In this document: in pieces, positions 19,548 to 29,392 of the stretch
How the letters are laid out: the number at the start of each line of letters is the position of its first letter
Numbering within the stretch: the first letter of the stretch is position 1
DNA from: an uncultured Candidatus Saccharibacteria bacterium
Lineage (GTDB): Bacteria; Patescibacteriota; Minisyncoccia; Phycocordibacterales; UBA9973
Assembly (NCBI GenBank): GCA_964606285.1
Contig: CAZSFP010000001.1
Location: 5,376 to 69,375 of the forward strand
Length of the DNA stretch: 64,000 nt
Reading direction: 5' to 3'
Notes under the pieces: model-generated
The model's input: only the letters and a program-made list of their open reading frames with translations
Databases searched by the model: none
What the model was told of the DNA's origin: nothing
Made by a program: the position numbers and the translations under genes

Positions 19548-19628
19548 TGCCGGAGGAGAGACTTGAACTCTCACCCCTTGCGGGACTCGATTTTGAGTCG
19601 AGCGCGGCTACCATTACGCCACTCCGGC
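19548..19628 (-). tRNA. tRNA-Leu (anticodon CAA)
   Basis: Reverse complement: GCCGGAG..CTCGA-CTCAAAA-TCGAG..long variable arm..GAGAGTTCAAGTCTCTC-CTCCGGC-A. Confidence 0.88.
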
Positions 19629-19686
19629 AATTGGCAACATTCTACGCGAAAATCCACACAAAATCAACAGGTTTGAAATAAGATCT

Positions 19687-20805
19687 GTGTGTTATCATGT
19701 CCCTATGTCACAACTATATTCCAATTCAATTTTCTGGATCGAGGTCGACAAAATCCAGCCAAACCCATTTCAACCACGCCGCGAATTTGATGAACGCGCC
19801 CTTCGGGATCTCGCAGATTCTATTCGTCAGTACGGTATTCTTCAACCGCTCACCGTGTCACGTATTGAAAAAGAAACACCCGAAGGTGGACTTGTCGTTG
19901 AATACGAATTGATCGCAGGTGAACGCCGTCTTCGTGCGTCAAAACTCGCTGGACTTCGTGAGGTTCCTGTCGTCATCCGTGTCGGTGATGATAATATGGC
20001 AAAACTCGAACTTGCGATCATTGAAAACTTGCAGCGTGAAGATCTCAATGCCGTCGAACGCGCTCGTGCATTCATGCGTCTCCAAAACGAATTCGGTTTT
20101 AGTCATACTGATATCGGCAAGAAAGTCGGCAAGAGTCGCGAATATGTCTCAAACACACTTCGCATTCTCCAGTTACCCCAAGACATGCTCGATGCATTGT
20201 CTGCCGGCAAGATCACGGAAGGGCATACACGACCACTCATGATGCTTTCGAATAAACCAGAAGAACAACTCGTGCTCTTCAAAGAAATGATGATCAAGAA
20301 AATGAGTGTTCGCGAAGCAGAACGACTCGCACGTCTTTCGGCAACCGACAAAGTTCGCAAGAAAGAATTGTTGCCTGACCCCGAACTCTTTGACATGGAG
20401 AAAAAATTACAGGAATCTCTCGGTACTCGCGTGCATATCGCGCGACGCGAAACAGGCGGGCAAATCATGATCGATTTCTTTTCAAATGAAGATCTCTCGT
20501 TCTTGCTGGATATCTTGAAGAAAAGTGACAATGTGAATCCAAATGCCATGCTCGAACGATTTTCTGCACAAACACCAGCGGTGGTGTCTGTTCCAGAAAT
20601 CCAGTCTCCGGAACTTCTATCACCAGACGCGATCAATCCCCAAGAACTTCCTGTCATGCAACCAGAAGAATTGTCGAGTACTGTGGTAGAAGATGTTGAA
20701 AAAGAATTGTCCGACCAATCACCGATCGATGACCGAAGTAAAGAAGAGATAGTAGAGTCAGATACTGAAGCAGATCTCTATAACATAAAAAATTTCTCAC
20801 TGTAA
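19687..20805 (+). CDS. parB: chromosome partitioning protein ParB/Spo0J with an extended acidic C-terminus
   Basis: IEVDKIQPNPFQPRREFDE..LADSIRQYGILQPLTV..GERRLRASKLAGL. Alternative start MSQLYS at 19705. Confidence 0.88.
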   Translation: MCYHVPMSQLYSNSIFWIEVDKIQPNPFQPRREFDERALRDLADSIRQYGILQPLTVSRIEKETPEGGLVVEYELIAGERRLRASKLAGLREVPVVIRVGDDNMAKLELAIIENLQREDLNAVERARAFMRLQNEFGFSHTDIGKKVGKSREYVSNTLRILQLPQDMLDALSAGKITEGHTRPLMMLSNKPEEQLVLFKEMMIKKMSVREAERLARLSATDKVRKKELLPDPELFDMEKKLQESLGTRVHIARRETGGQIMIDFFSNEDLSFLLDILKKSDNVNPNAMLERFSAQTPAVVSVPEIQSPELLSPDAINPQELPVMQPEELSSTVVEDVEKELSDQSPIDDRSKEEIVESDTEADLYNIKNFSL

Positions 20806-20845
20806 GTAAATAAAATAAAAACATCCCGCAACTTGGGGGATGTTT

Positions 20846-21286
20846 TTATTTTGTGTCAGTATCTTCCGATATTTCTTCCACATCCTCTTGAATCTCATCG
20901 ATATCTTTTTGGATTTCATCAACATCTTCAGAGATTTCCTCGACATCTTCCGATATTTCTTCCACATCCTCTTGAATCTCATCGATATCCTCCTGAATTT
21001 CATCGATGTCATCAGAAATTTCCTCAACTTCTTTTGATACAGCATGGAGGCGATGCGTATTTCTGTTGACCGACATTTGAATAAAGATCGACAAATAGAT
21101 TGCCTCGAGAGAGACGATGGTGGTCAATACGAGAAGGACGGTGTTTGCATCTATTCCGATCAAAATAAGGATAAATGTTCCAACAAAAAGCATCGTATGA
21201 ATCACGAGAGATGCCGGCGAACCGATCCATTTCGTTGCACGGATGGCGAGCTGTTCTATTTTTTCCATGTCTTTGTTTGGATGCAT
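20846..21286 (-). CDS. DUF1003-like membrane protein with a C-terminal acidic heptad-repeat tail
   Basis: WIGSPASLVIHTMLFVGTFILILI..IVSLEAIYLSIFIQMSVNR two-TM core, then (EEISEDV/DEIQEDI)x8. The start (MHPNKD.. vs the upstream Met at 21337) is uncertain. Confidence 0.6.
   Translation of the reverse strand: MHPNKDMEKIEQLAIRATKWIGSPASLVIHTMLFVGTFILILIGIDANTVLLVLTTIVSLEAIYLSIFIQMSVNRNTHRLHAVSKEVEEISDDIDEIQEDIDEIQEDVEEISEDVEEISEDVDEIQKDIDEIQEDVEEISEDTDTK
20863..21030. repeat. in-frame tandem repeat (21-nt sub-unit, 84-nt super-unit) encoding the acidic tail
   Basis: cttccgatatttcttccacatcctcttgaatctcatcgatatc recurs at 20863 and 20947, a period of 84 nt. Confidence 0.75.
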
Positions 21287-21291
21287 CGTAG

Positions 21292-21894
21292 GTGTCTCTA
21301 TGGTACTATGAATACATGGAAACACAAAATATTTCAACGCAAAAAAAGACCTCCCGTGTCTTGTACTGGTCGCTTGTCGGCGGATTTATTATCGTTCTCA
21401 ATTTGTTTTTCAATTACACGGCGTCATTGTTTTTTGATCAGCCAGTATTTGAAAGTTATTGTCCGATGGCATTGACAAATACCTCGTATACATCAAAAGA
21501 CCAATGTCTTGCTGTCGGTGGATCATGGACAGAAAATACAACACCGTATGTACCACAAGAAAAACCTTCTCGTCCACTCGATCTATCACAATCCATCACC
21601 GGCTGGTGCAACCCGACGTATACGTGTCAAAAAGGATTTGATCTCGGTCAGCAAGTCTACAATCGAAATATCTTTATCGTACTTGTCGTCTTTGGTATCC
21701 TTTCAATCGTTCTTGGATTTGTATTTGCTACAATTTCCGCAGTTTCTCTCGGGCTCTCTCTTGGTGGAGTACTTTCACTTGTTATAGGTTCAATCCGCTA
21801 TTGGAGTGATATGAATGATGTCGTCCGTGTGCTTGTCCTCGCATTCGCACTTGTGGTCCTTGTGTGGCTTGCGGTGAAAAAAATCCGGGAATAG
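21292..21894 (+). CDS. hypothetical membrane protein
   Basis: ORF with hydrophobic segments at both ends. Divergent from the DUF1003-like gene. Confidence 0.5.
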   Translation: MSLWYYEYMETQNISTQKKTSRVLYWSLVGGFIIVLNLFFNYTASLFFDQPVFESYCPMALTNTSYTSKDQCLAVGGSWTENTTPYVPQEKPSRPLDLSQSITGWCNPTYTCQKGFDLGQQVYNRNIFIVLVVFGILSIVLGFVFATISAVSLGLSLGGVLSLVIGSIRYWSDMNDVVRVLVLAFALVVLVWLAVKKIRE

Positions 21895-21910
21895 TGTAGA
21901 CTAAAAGACT

Positions 21911-24391
21911 ATGAATTACGATCACAAGGATATAGAGAAAAAGTGGCAGGAAAAATGGGAAAATGACGGACTTCACAAAGTTTCGGACAATGTCCCTGGC
22001 AAGGAAAATTTCTATACCCTTGTCGAATTTACCTATCCGTCCGGTAATCTTCACGTCGGACACTGGTACGCATTTGCCGTACCGGATATTTTTGCCCGGT
22101 ATAAAAAGATGCAAGGATTCAATGTTCTCTATCCGATGGGATTTGATGCATTCGGACTCCCGGCAGAAAATGCGGCGATAAAGCTCGGCGCTGACCCGAA
22201 AGTCTGGACCTATGAGCAGATGGATCGTATGCGCGGACAATTTCGTACCATGGGTGCGATATTTCCATGGGACCGGGAAGTCGTCTCCTGTGATCCTGCG
22301 TACTATAAATGGACGCAATGGATGTTCAATCAATTTTTGAAAAATGATTTGGTCTATCGTGCTGCGACCATGGTGAACTGGTGTCCGAAAGATCAGACTA
22401 TCCTTGCCAACGAGCAAGTCATCGACGGCAAGTGTGATCGCTGTGGATCTGAAGTTGAACAAAAAAAACAGGAGCAATGGATGCTCCGCATTACTAAATA
22501 TGCGGACCGTTTGATCGATGATCTCGACAAGCTCGACTGGCCGAACGCAATCAAAGAATCACAAAAGAATTGGATCGGTAGAAGTGAGGGAAGTGAAATA
22601 GAATTTCAAATAAAAGATTCTCAAGAAAAAATAAAAGTATTTACAACGCGAGCTGACACATTGTTCGGTGTGACGTATGTTGTTCTTGCGCCGGAACACA
22701 ATCTTATTCAAGATTTAAAAGAAAAAATAGAAAATTGGGAAGAAGTTACTGTATATATAGAAACAACAAAAAAGAAATCAGAACTTGATCGTCAGCAATC
22801 AAAAGAAAAAACGGGTATCGAACTCAAAGGCGTGAAAGCTGTTAATCCTGCAAATGGCGAAGTTGTACCAGTATGGATTGCTGACTATGTCCTTGCTGGA
22901 TATGGTACTGGCGCGGTTATGGCTGTGCCTGCACATGACGAGCGCGATTTTGAATTTGCACAGAAATATGATTTGCCGATAAAAAAAGTTATTTATTTGA
23001 ATATAAAAGATAAAGATTTACAAAGACCATTTTTTAGTTCTTTTAAACTAGGAAATGTTCCTCTTGAATTGAAATACGAATGTTGGCCCGGAGAAGGAGT
23101 TCTTATGAATTCTGGAAAATTTGATGATCTTTCTTCAGAAGAAGCTCGAAAGAAGATCACCCAAGCAGTTGGAGGAAAATTGGTCAGTACATATCGATTG
23201 CGTGACTGGGGAATTTCTCGGCAACGATACTGGGGAACACCGATTCCGATCGTCTATGATAGAGACGGGAAAGCACATCCTGTGCCGGATGAACATCTGC
23301 CATGGATGTTACCAACTGACGTTGATCATACACCGGACGGCACAGCACCACTTGCACGATCAAAAGAACTACTCGAACGAACAGAAAAAATATTTGGCGC
23401 AGGATGGCGTCCTGAAGTCGAAACGATGGATACGTTTGTTGATTCTTCGTGGTATTTTTATCGTTATCTCGACAATAAAAATGACAATGTTTTTGCGGAT
23501 GTAGAAAAGATGAAATCATGGATGCCAGTTGATCTCTATATGGGTGGGGCAGAACACACGACGATGCACTTGCTGTATTCACGATTCTGGGTAAAAGCGC
23601 TCCATGATCTCGGATTTGTCACAGATGATGAATCATATAAAATTCGTCGAAATCGTGGCCTTATTCTCGGTCCGGATGGCAATAAAATGTCCAAATCAAA
23701 AGGGAATGTGATCAATCCGGATGAGATCGTCGACCGTCTCGGCGCTGATACTGTCCGTCTCTATCTTTGTTTTATGGGGCCGTATGGCATAACCGTAAAC
23801 TATCCATGGGATCCGAACGGTGTTGTCGGTGTTCGACGATTTTTGGAGCGGGTATGGAAACTTGCAAACAAAATTAAAAATGAAAATATAAAAAGTAAAA
23901 ATGAAGACTCAAAATTACTTCACAAAACTATAAAAGGTATTACTGAAGATATTGAAGAATTCAAATTCAATACATCTATTTCAAAAATGATGATTCTCAT
24001 GAATGAATGGGAATCCTCCTTCACCAATGCTTCGCAGGACAAGAATTCAGAAACTGTTTCTGTTGCTGATTTCAAGATTTTCCTCCGGCTTCTTGCACCG
24101 TTTGCGCCGCATATTACTGACGAAATCTGGTCTCAACTTGGAGAAAAAGAATCGATCCATCTTTCGGGCTGGCCAAAATATGATCCGACACTGCTTGTCG
24201 ATGATGAATTGAAAATTGCGATTCAAGTGAACGGCAAACTTCGGGGTGATTTCACTGTGTCCGCAGATGCAACTGAAGATGACATAAAAACCATGGCGCA
24301 AAATCATGAAAAAGTAATTCCATGGATTGATGGCAAAGAGATTAAAAAAGTGATTTATGTAAAAGGTAAATTGGTCAGTATCGTTATCTAG
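21911..24391 (+). CDS. leuS: leucine--tRNA ligase
   Basis: HVGHWYAFAVPDIFARY (HIGH), editing-domain insertion, KMSKSKGN; 826 aa. Confidence 0.95.
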   Translation: MNYDHKDIEKKWQEKWENDGLHKVSDNVPGKENFYTLVEFTYPSGNLHVGHWYAFAVPDIFARYKKMQGFNVLYPMGFDAFGLPAENAAIKLGADPKVWTYEQMDRMRGQFRTMGAIFPWDREVVSCDPAYYKWTQWMFNQFLKNDLVYRAATMVNWCPKDQTILANEQVIDGKCDRCGSEVEQKKQEQWMLRITKYADRLIDDLDKLDWPNAIKESQKNWIGRSEGSEIEFQIKDSQEKIKVFTTRADTLFGVTYVVLAPEHNLIQDLKEKIENWEEVTVYIETTKKKSELDRQQSKEKTGIELKGVKAVNPANGEVVPVWIADYVLAGYGTGAVMAVPAHDERDFEFAQKYDLPIKKVIYLNIKDKDLQRPFFSSFKLGNVPLELKYECWPGEGVLMNSGKFDDLSSEEARKKITQAVGGKLVSTYRLRDWGISRQRYWGTPIPIVYDRDGKAHPVPDEHLPWMLPTDVDHTPDGTAPLARSKELLERTEKIFGAGWRPEVETMDTFVDSSWYFYRYLDNKNDNVFADVEKMKSWMPVDLYMGGAEHTTMHLLYSRFWVKALHDLGFVTDDESYKIRRNRGLILGPDGNKMSKSKGNVINPDEIVDRLGADTVRLYLCFMGPYGITVNYPWDPNGVVGVRRFLERVWKLANKIKNENIKSKNEDSKLLHKTIKGITEDIEEFKFNTSISKMMILMNEWESSFTNASQDKNSETVSVADFKIFLRLLAPFAPHITDEIWSQLGEKESIHLSGWPKYDPTLLVDDELKIAIQVNGKLRGDFTVSADATEDDIKTMAQNHEKVIPWIDGKEIKKVIYVKGKLVSIVI

Positions 24392-24472
24392 TTGTTCACA
24401 AGGAATGAGTTGGTTTCACTATAAAATATCTGTATAATCGATTGTATACTATAAAAATTCACCCAATCCATT

Positions 24473-26818
24473 ATGACACCTGCTTTATTTACAAACCCCC
24501 GTTCCTCTCTGTTTTCTCGAATATCGTTCGGCGTTCTCCTTACTGTTATCAGCCTCTTGCCGATATTCTTTGTACCATTTGTTGCAACATCTCTTTTCTC
24601 CGCAAAAGGACTTTTGCTCGGTCTCGGTGTCACATTTTCTATTATCTTTCTTCTTCTCGCGTTCCTCTTTGAAGGATCAATTACGCTTCCGAAACATACC
24701 ATTCTCTATGCATCACTTGCTGTTATCGGATCTTTTTTGATTTCAGCTTTTTTCTCTCCATCCGGTGATACAAGTTTTTGGGGTGCGACATTTTCTCCGT
24801 ATACATTCTTTGGGACACTTGCATTGTTTGCAATGTTTTGGCTTCTCGTGTTTTATGTCAGATCAGCAAAGCGGGCATTGTATGTGATTGGTGGCCTCTC
24901 CGTATCTTTTTTACTAATCGCATTTTTGCAGATCATCGGTTTATTTGTTTCGTTTTCCGCGCTTGCACCGGGATTTTTTGCAAGCTTCAACGGGCAGACA
25001 TTTATCGGATCACTCACAGATCTCGGATTTTTTGCGACAATGATCAGTCTCTTTGCACTTCTTGCATTTGAAATCCTTTCTGTTTCGAGAAAAATAAAAA
25101 TCTTTCTTGCAAGTACTATCATTGTTGGATTGTTCCTCGTTGCACTTCTGAATAATTTTACAGTATGGATTATCTTTGGTGCGGGTGCATTGCTCGTATT
25201 CGTCTATGGTGTTTCAACATTTACGTATACCAGCGAAACAAAATCTTCGAAAATATTCCCGACATTTTCTTTTGTGCTCGTTCTCGTATCCCTTCTCTGT
25301 ATTCTCGCCAATAGCACTGTCGGATCACTCCTCCCACGAATGTTCAATATTGTAAATACTGATATTCGTCCTTCTATTTCTGCATCGGCAACAGTTTTTT
25401 CTCAGATGGTTATGCACCGACCAGTAACTGGTCAAGGTCTCGAACGCTTTGAAGATGCATGGTCACTCTACAGACCGGCCGCTGTTACTGCAACGCCGTA
25501 TTGGGATGCGCGATTTCCACATGCATTCGGTATTTTGCCGACACTGTTTGTGACATCAGGAATACTTGGAACACTGGCATTACTCTTTTTCTTGATTAGT
25601 TTCATCTGGTTTGGATGGAAGAATTTGTTTGTTCGAACCGCTGACAAGATTACGCAATACTTGTTGTTCGCGTCTTTTTCTGGAGCAGTTATTTCATGGG
25701 TAGTTGTCACTATTGCGACACCGGGATTTGTTGTATACGCATTCGCTTTTGTTTTCTCTGGTGTGTTCCTCGGGTTGATCTATCGCGACAAACAAAATCT
25801 TTGGACGACATATGGATTCATCAATGATCCACGGACAAGTTTCTTTTCCATTCTCGGTATCATGTTTATTTTTGCGGCAGTGTTGTTTGGAGGTCTGACA
25901 TTTACACGTCAATATATCGCTGAAGCGCACATCACAAAAAGTATTGCATATGCTCAAAACACACCAGATCTCGCTCGTGCTGAACGTGCCGCACGATTGG
26001 CGGTCAGATGGTTTGATACCAGTCTTGCACACAAATCTCTTGCACGGGTATCACTTCTCGAACTCGGCGCACTTGCACAAAATGAATCTATATCTGCAGA
26101 TGCACTCAAGCCCGAACTTCAAAAACTCGTATCACTTGCCGAAGGTGAAGCACTTGCAGCTGTGTCTCTCGACAAGAAAAATGCTGATAACTGGATATTC
26201 CTCGGTTCAGTCTATGATGTACTCCAAGGATTTGGTGTATCAGGTGCATATGAGAGTGGCAAGAGTGCCTATACGCAGGCAATGGTCTATGCCCCCAAAA
26301 ATCCTGGTATTTATCTCAATCTCGCAACATTGTCGCTCGGCAAAAAATCCTATCAAGAAGCCCGTGAATATGCCAATCAAGCTCTCGCGATGAAACCAAA
26401 TATGGCGGAAGCATATTTTGTTCTTTCTCAGATTGATGTAGCGTCTGGTAACCTTGATCGCGCCCTTGAAAACGCCGAGAAAGCATCGTCAGTAGCACCA
26501 AATGACGCAAGTGCATTCTTCCAGTTGGGAACACTTGCATACAATAATAAAAGTTATCAGAAGGCCATTGCTGCATTTGAACGTTCCGTCATTCTCAATC
26601 CATATATGCTCAATGCACGTTATTTCCTCGGACTTTCGTACGCACAGGTTGGTCGCACTGATGATGCGATTGCGCAATTTGAATATTTGAAAAATCAGCT
26701 TCCAAACAATACACAAATTGCTTCAATCCTGACAAATCTCAAGGCTGGTGTTCCTGCATTTGGCAGCCCTGTCGTTGTTCCTGAAGAAAAAGATAAGGCC
26801 CCAGAAAAGAAAAAATAA
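24473..26818 (+). CDS. polytopic membrane protein (O-antigen ligase/Wzy-like) with C-terminal TPR repeats
   Basis: More than ten predicted TM helices. The C-terminal ~250 aa consist of TPR-like 34-aa repeats. Confidence 0.65.
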   Translation: MTPALFTNPRSSLFSRISFGVLLTVISLLPIFFVPFVATSLFSAKGLLLGLGVTFSIIFLLLAFLFEGSITLPKHTILYASLAVIGSFLISAFFSPSGDTSFWGATFSPYTFFGTLALFAMFWLLVFYVRSAKRALYVIGGLSVSFLLIAFLQIIGLFVSFSALAPGFFASFNGQTFIGSLTDLGFFATMISLFALLAFEILSVSRKIKIFLASTIIVGLFLVALLNNFTVWIIFGAGALLVFVYGVSTFTYTSETKSSKIFPTFSFVLVLVSLLCILANSTVGSLLPRMFNIVNTDIRPSISASATVFSQMVMHRPVTGQGLERFEDAWSLYRPAAVTATPYWDARFPHAFGILPTLFVTSGILGTLALLFFLISFIWFGWKNLFVRTADKITQYLLFASFSGAVISWVVVTIATPGFVVYAFAFVFSGVFLGLIYRDKQNLWTTYGFINDPRTSFFSILGIMFIFAAVLFGGLTFTRQYIAEAHITKSIAYAQNTPDLARAERAARLAVRWFDTSLAHKSLARVSLLELGALAQNESISADALKPELQKLVSLAEGEALAAVSLDKKNADNWIFLGSVYDVLQGFGVSGAYESGKSAYTQAMVYAPKNPGIYLNLATLSLGKKSYQEAREYANQALAMKPNMAEAYFVLSQIDVASGNLDRALENAEKASSVAPNDASAFFQLGTLAYNNKSYQKAIAAFERSVILNPYMLNARYFLGLSYAQVGRTDDAIAQFEYLKNQLPNNTQIASILTNLKAGVPAFGSPVVVPEEKDKAPEKKK

Positions 26819-26827
26819 TAGCACTGT

Positions 26828-28516
26828 ATGATTCGCCGTCTGTTCCGAGATTTATTGTCCCGACACACCGACACGCTCAACCAAGCGGCGCTTATTCTCG
26901 CACTTGCAGCCGTAGGATCACAAATCATGGGATTTGTCCGTGACCGGCTTTTGGCCAGTATTGTCGGACCCAATGGTACTCTCGATGTCTATTATACGGC
27001 GTTTCGTATTCCGGATATTTTGTTTGTATCGATTGCGTCACTTGTCTCTGTTGTGGTGCTTGTACCATTTCTAACACATCTGAAAAAAGACAGTGAAGAT
27101 GCCGTGACTGCGACAAACAAGTTTTTGAGTGAAGTATTTTCATTGTTTGTGTATATATTGTGTGGCACCATTATTCTTGTATTCTTTTTGATGCCAAAAC
27201 TTGTACCGTTCGTTGCACCCGGTTTTCCGGCTGACATGCAAGGAGATATTGTCATCATGTCACGGTTGTTGCTCTTGTCGCCCCTTCTTCTCGGATTATC
27301 AAATATTTTTGGCGCGGTTTCCCAATTGCACAAACGATTTATTGTTTTTTCTTTGGGACCAATATTTTACAACGCAGGTATTATTTTTGGTTTACTCGTA
27401 TTTTATCCGATGTTCGGCATCTATGGTGTTGTTGGTGGTGTTTTGATCGGTGCAGGAACACATGCGATTATCCAATACCTCTCTGTGAGAAATATCGGAT
27501 TTTTTCCAGGATTTACATTTCGATTTGATTGGCCGCGAATGCGTCAGATCGTTGCGGTATCGCTTCCGAGAACGTTGGGTCTTGCGTTGTCGAACATCAC
27601 CATAACAGTACTGTTATCATTTGCCACATTGTGGGACGAGGGAGCCGTATCGCTCTTTTCTTTTGCAAATATCATACAGTCAGTCCCGCTTTCCATCATC
27701 GGATTGTCATATTCTGTTGCCGCGTTTCCGACACTCGCATTGATGATTCAGGAAAATAAAAAAGACGAGTTCATTGCACACGTGCTTCATGCGGCTCGGC
27801 AGATCATCTTTTGGTCGTTGCCGGTTACAGCATTGTTTTTTGTTCTTCGGGCACATATCGTTCGTGTCGTGTTCGGATCATCACAGCTTTCCTGGGATCA
27901 GACAAAAGTTATTGCTGCTGCACTTGCGTTCTTTGTCATATCAGCAGTGGCACAAAGCCTCATACTGTTGTTTGTTAGGGCACTCTATGCGGCTGGAAAA
28001 ACATGGCGACCACTTGTCGGTGGTATTGTCAGTTTTATCTTTACTATATCTATCGCATGGTTTTTGATGCAGCATATTCATACTCCTTTCATTGCAGATA
28101 TTTTTGCAGTTTTTATACGGTCAACCTCTGCAGATATTCATATTTTGGCATTGCCGATAGCGTTCAGTATCGGAGCATTTATAAACATTATTATTCTTAT
28201 TGGTTTTTGTCACCGGTTGTTTCCGAAAACAGACATCATACCATCTCTGTTTTGGTCATTTGTTGAACATAGTATTGCCGCGTTTGTTGCAGGTGCCGGT
28301 GCATATATCACGCTTGTCTTTTTTGGATCAATAAAATCATTGTCCACATTTTGGATGGTACTTTTGCAGGGTCTTGTTGCAGGACTTGTCGGTATCTTTT
28401 GTTGGATTTTAGTTCTCTATCTCATGAGAAACAAAGAATTTACTGCGTTTTTCAAAGCCGTGCACACAAAATTCTGGACCAAAGTTGTGGCTGTTCCAGA
28501 ACAATCAAATCTATAA
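26828..28516 (+). CDS. murJ: lipid II flippase MurJ/MviN
   Basis: N-terminal LASIVGPNGTLDVYYTAFRIPD; 14 TM helices; ~560 aa. Confidence 0.85.
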   Translation: MIRRLFRDLLSRHTDTLNQAALILALAAVGSQIMGFVRDRLLASIVGPNGTLDVYYTAFRIPDILFVSIASLVSVVVLVPFLTHLKKDSEDAVTATNKFLSEVFSLFVYILCGTIILVFFLMPKLVPFVAPGFPADMQGDIVIMSRLLLLSPLLLGLSNIFGAVSQLHKRFIVFSLGPIFYNAGIIFGLLVFYPMFGIYGVVGGVLIGAGTHAIIQYLSVRNIGFFPGFTFRFDWPRMRQIVAVSLPRTLGLALSNITITVLLSFATLWDEGAVSLFSFANIIQSVPLSIIGLSYSVAAFPTLALMIQENKKDEFIAHVLHAARQIIFWSLPVTALFFVLRAHIVRVVFGSSQLSWDQTKVIAAALAFFVISAVAQSLILLFVRALYAAGKTWRPLVGGIVSFIFTISIAWFLMQHIHTPFIADIFAVFIRSTSADIHILALPIAFSIGAFINIIILIGFCHRLFPKTDIIPSLFWSFVEHSIAAFVAGAGAYITLVFFGSIKSLSTFWMVLLQGLVAGLVGIFCWILVLYLMRNKEFTAFFKAVHTKFWTKVVAVPEQSNL

Positions 28517-28590
28517 TTTTTTCAAATTTCAATATAGTTGACAAATTAGTATACAAGTAGTAGTATATCAAAAATATTGTTTAACAAAAT

Positions 28591-29277
28591 TTGAAAAAAA
28601 TGAAAAACCAGGATTTACCTCTTTTAAGAACGCATGTAGCAAACATTGCGTTGAACAAGAATATTGCTTTACTTTTCCTATTATCTGATGCTCAGGAAAC
28701 ACATGGTCTTACCGAGTATTCCAACGAAAGCTACATCAATGATAAATTGCTTGTAGCAGTATGGATGATTGAAAACTTTACAAGATTTAATGAAAAATCT
28801 CAAAAACCTTGGGTTGAATTACCTGAATGGGAAGTTCCTAATAGTTCCGCGGATGGTGTAAAAAACATGACAGAATTTGATGGAATTATTGAAAAAATCA
28901 AACAAGAAGCCCAAGATCTTGAAAATATCTGGGACCCAAAAAATGTAAAAGCTGTTACATTTTTGGAAAAAATTGTCGCCCAGGCACGTGAATGTATTTG
29001 GTATACTAATCAACGTTTGACCGCCATTCAGGTACTTTCTAAAGCTGGACCAATGGGTGAAGATGATCCTGAAGCTATTATGAGTGCTGGTCCAAAACTG
29101 GCGGCAAAATTATTAGCAAATCCAATGATGATGTTGGTAGGGTATTTGGCAGTGAAGAATGAATTTAGCGGTAAGCGTATTCTGGCTTCTAGATTGCTTG
29201 GAATTATCTTAGAGTTTCTCGTGAATAAAGCCGTAGAGGAAGGATATGCTAAACCAATTGTAGAATTAGCTAAATAA
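28591..29277 (+). CDS. hypothetical protein
   Basis: ORF only; AT-rich. Confidence 0.5.
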   Translation: MKKMKNQDLPLLRTHVANIALNKNIALLFLLSDAQETHGLTEYSNESYINDKLLVAVWMIENFTRFNEKSQKPWVELPEWEVPNSSADGVKNMTEFDGIIEKIKQEAQDLENIWDPKNVKAVTFLEKIVAQARECIWYTNQRLTAIQVLSKAGPMGEDDPEAIMSAGPKLAAKLLANPMMMLVGYLAVKNEFSGKRILASRLLGIILEFLVNKAVEEGYAKPIVELAK

Positions 29278-29392
29278 ATAACAAAAGAATAATAAATAAA
29301 AAAGTCTTACAGTATGTGAGACTTTTTTTATTTTCCCAAAAATATTTTGGTTATATTTTAAGATACCAAATTTTATGCTAGTATGAAGCCGT

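Noticed and set aside
20863-21030. CRISPR array candidate (regular short repeats)
   Set aside because: The periodic repeats are in-frame coding repeats of the DUF1003-like gene with no unique spacers; no other CRISPR-like repeat-spacer array or cas genes were seen in the window.
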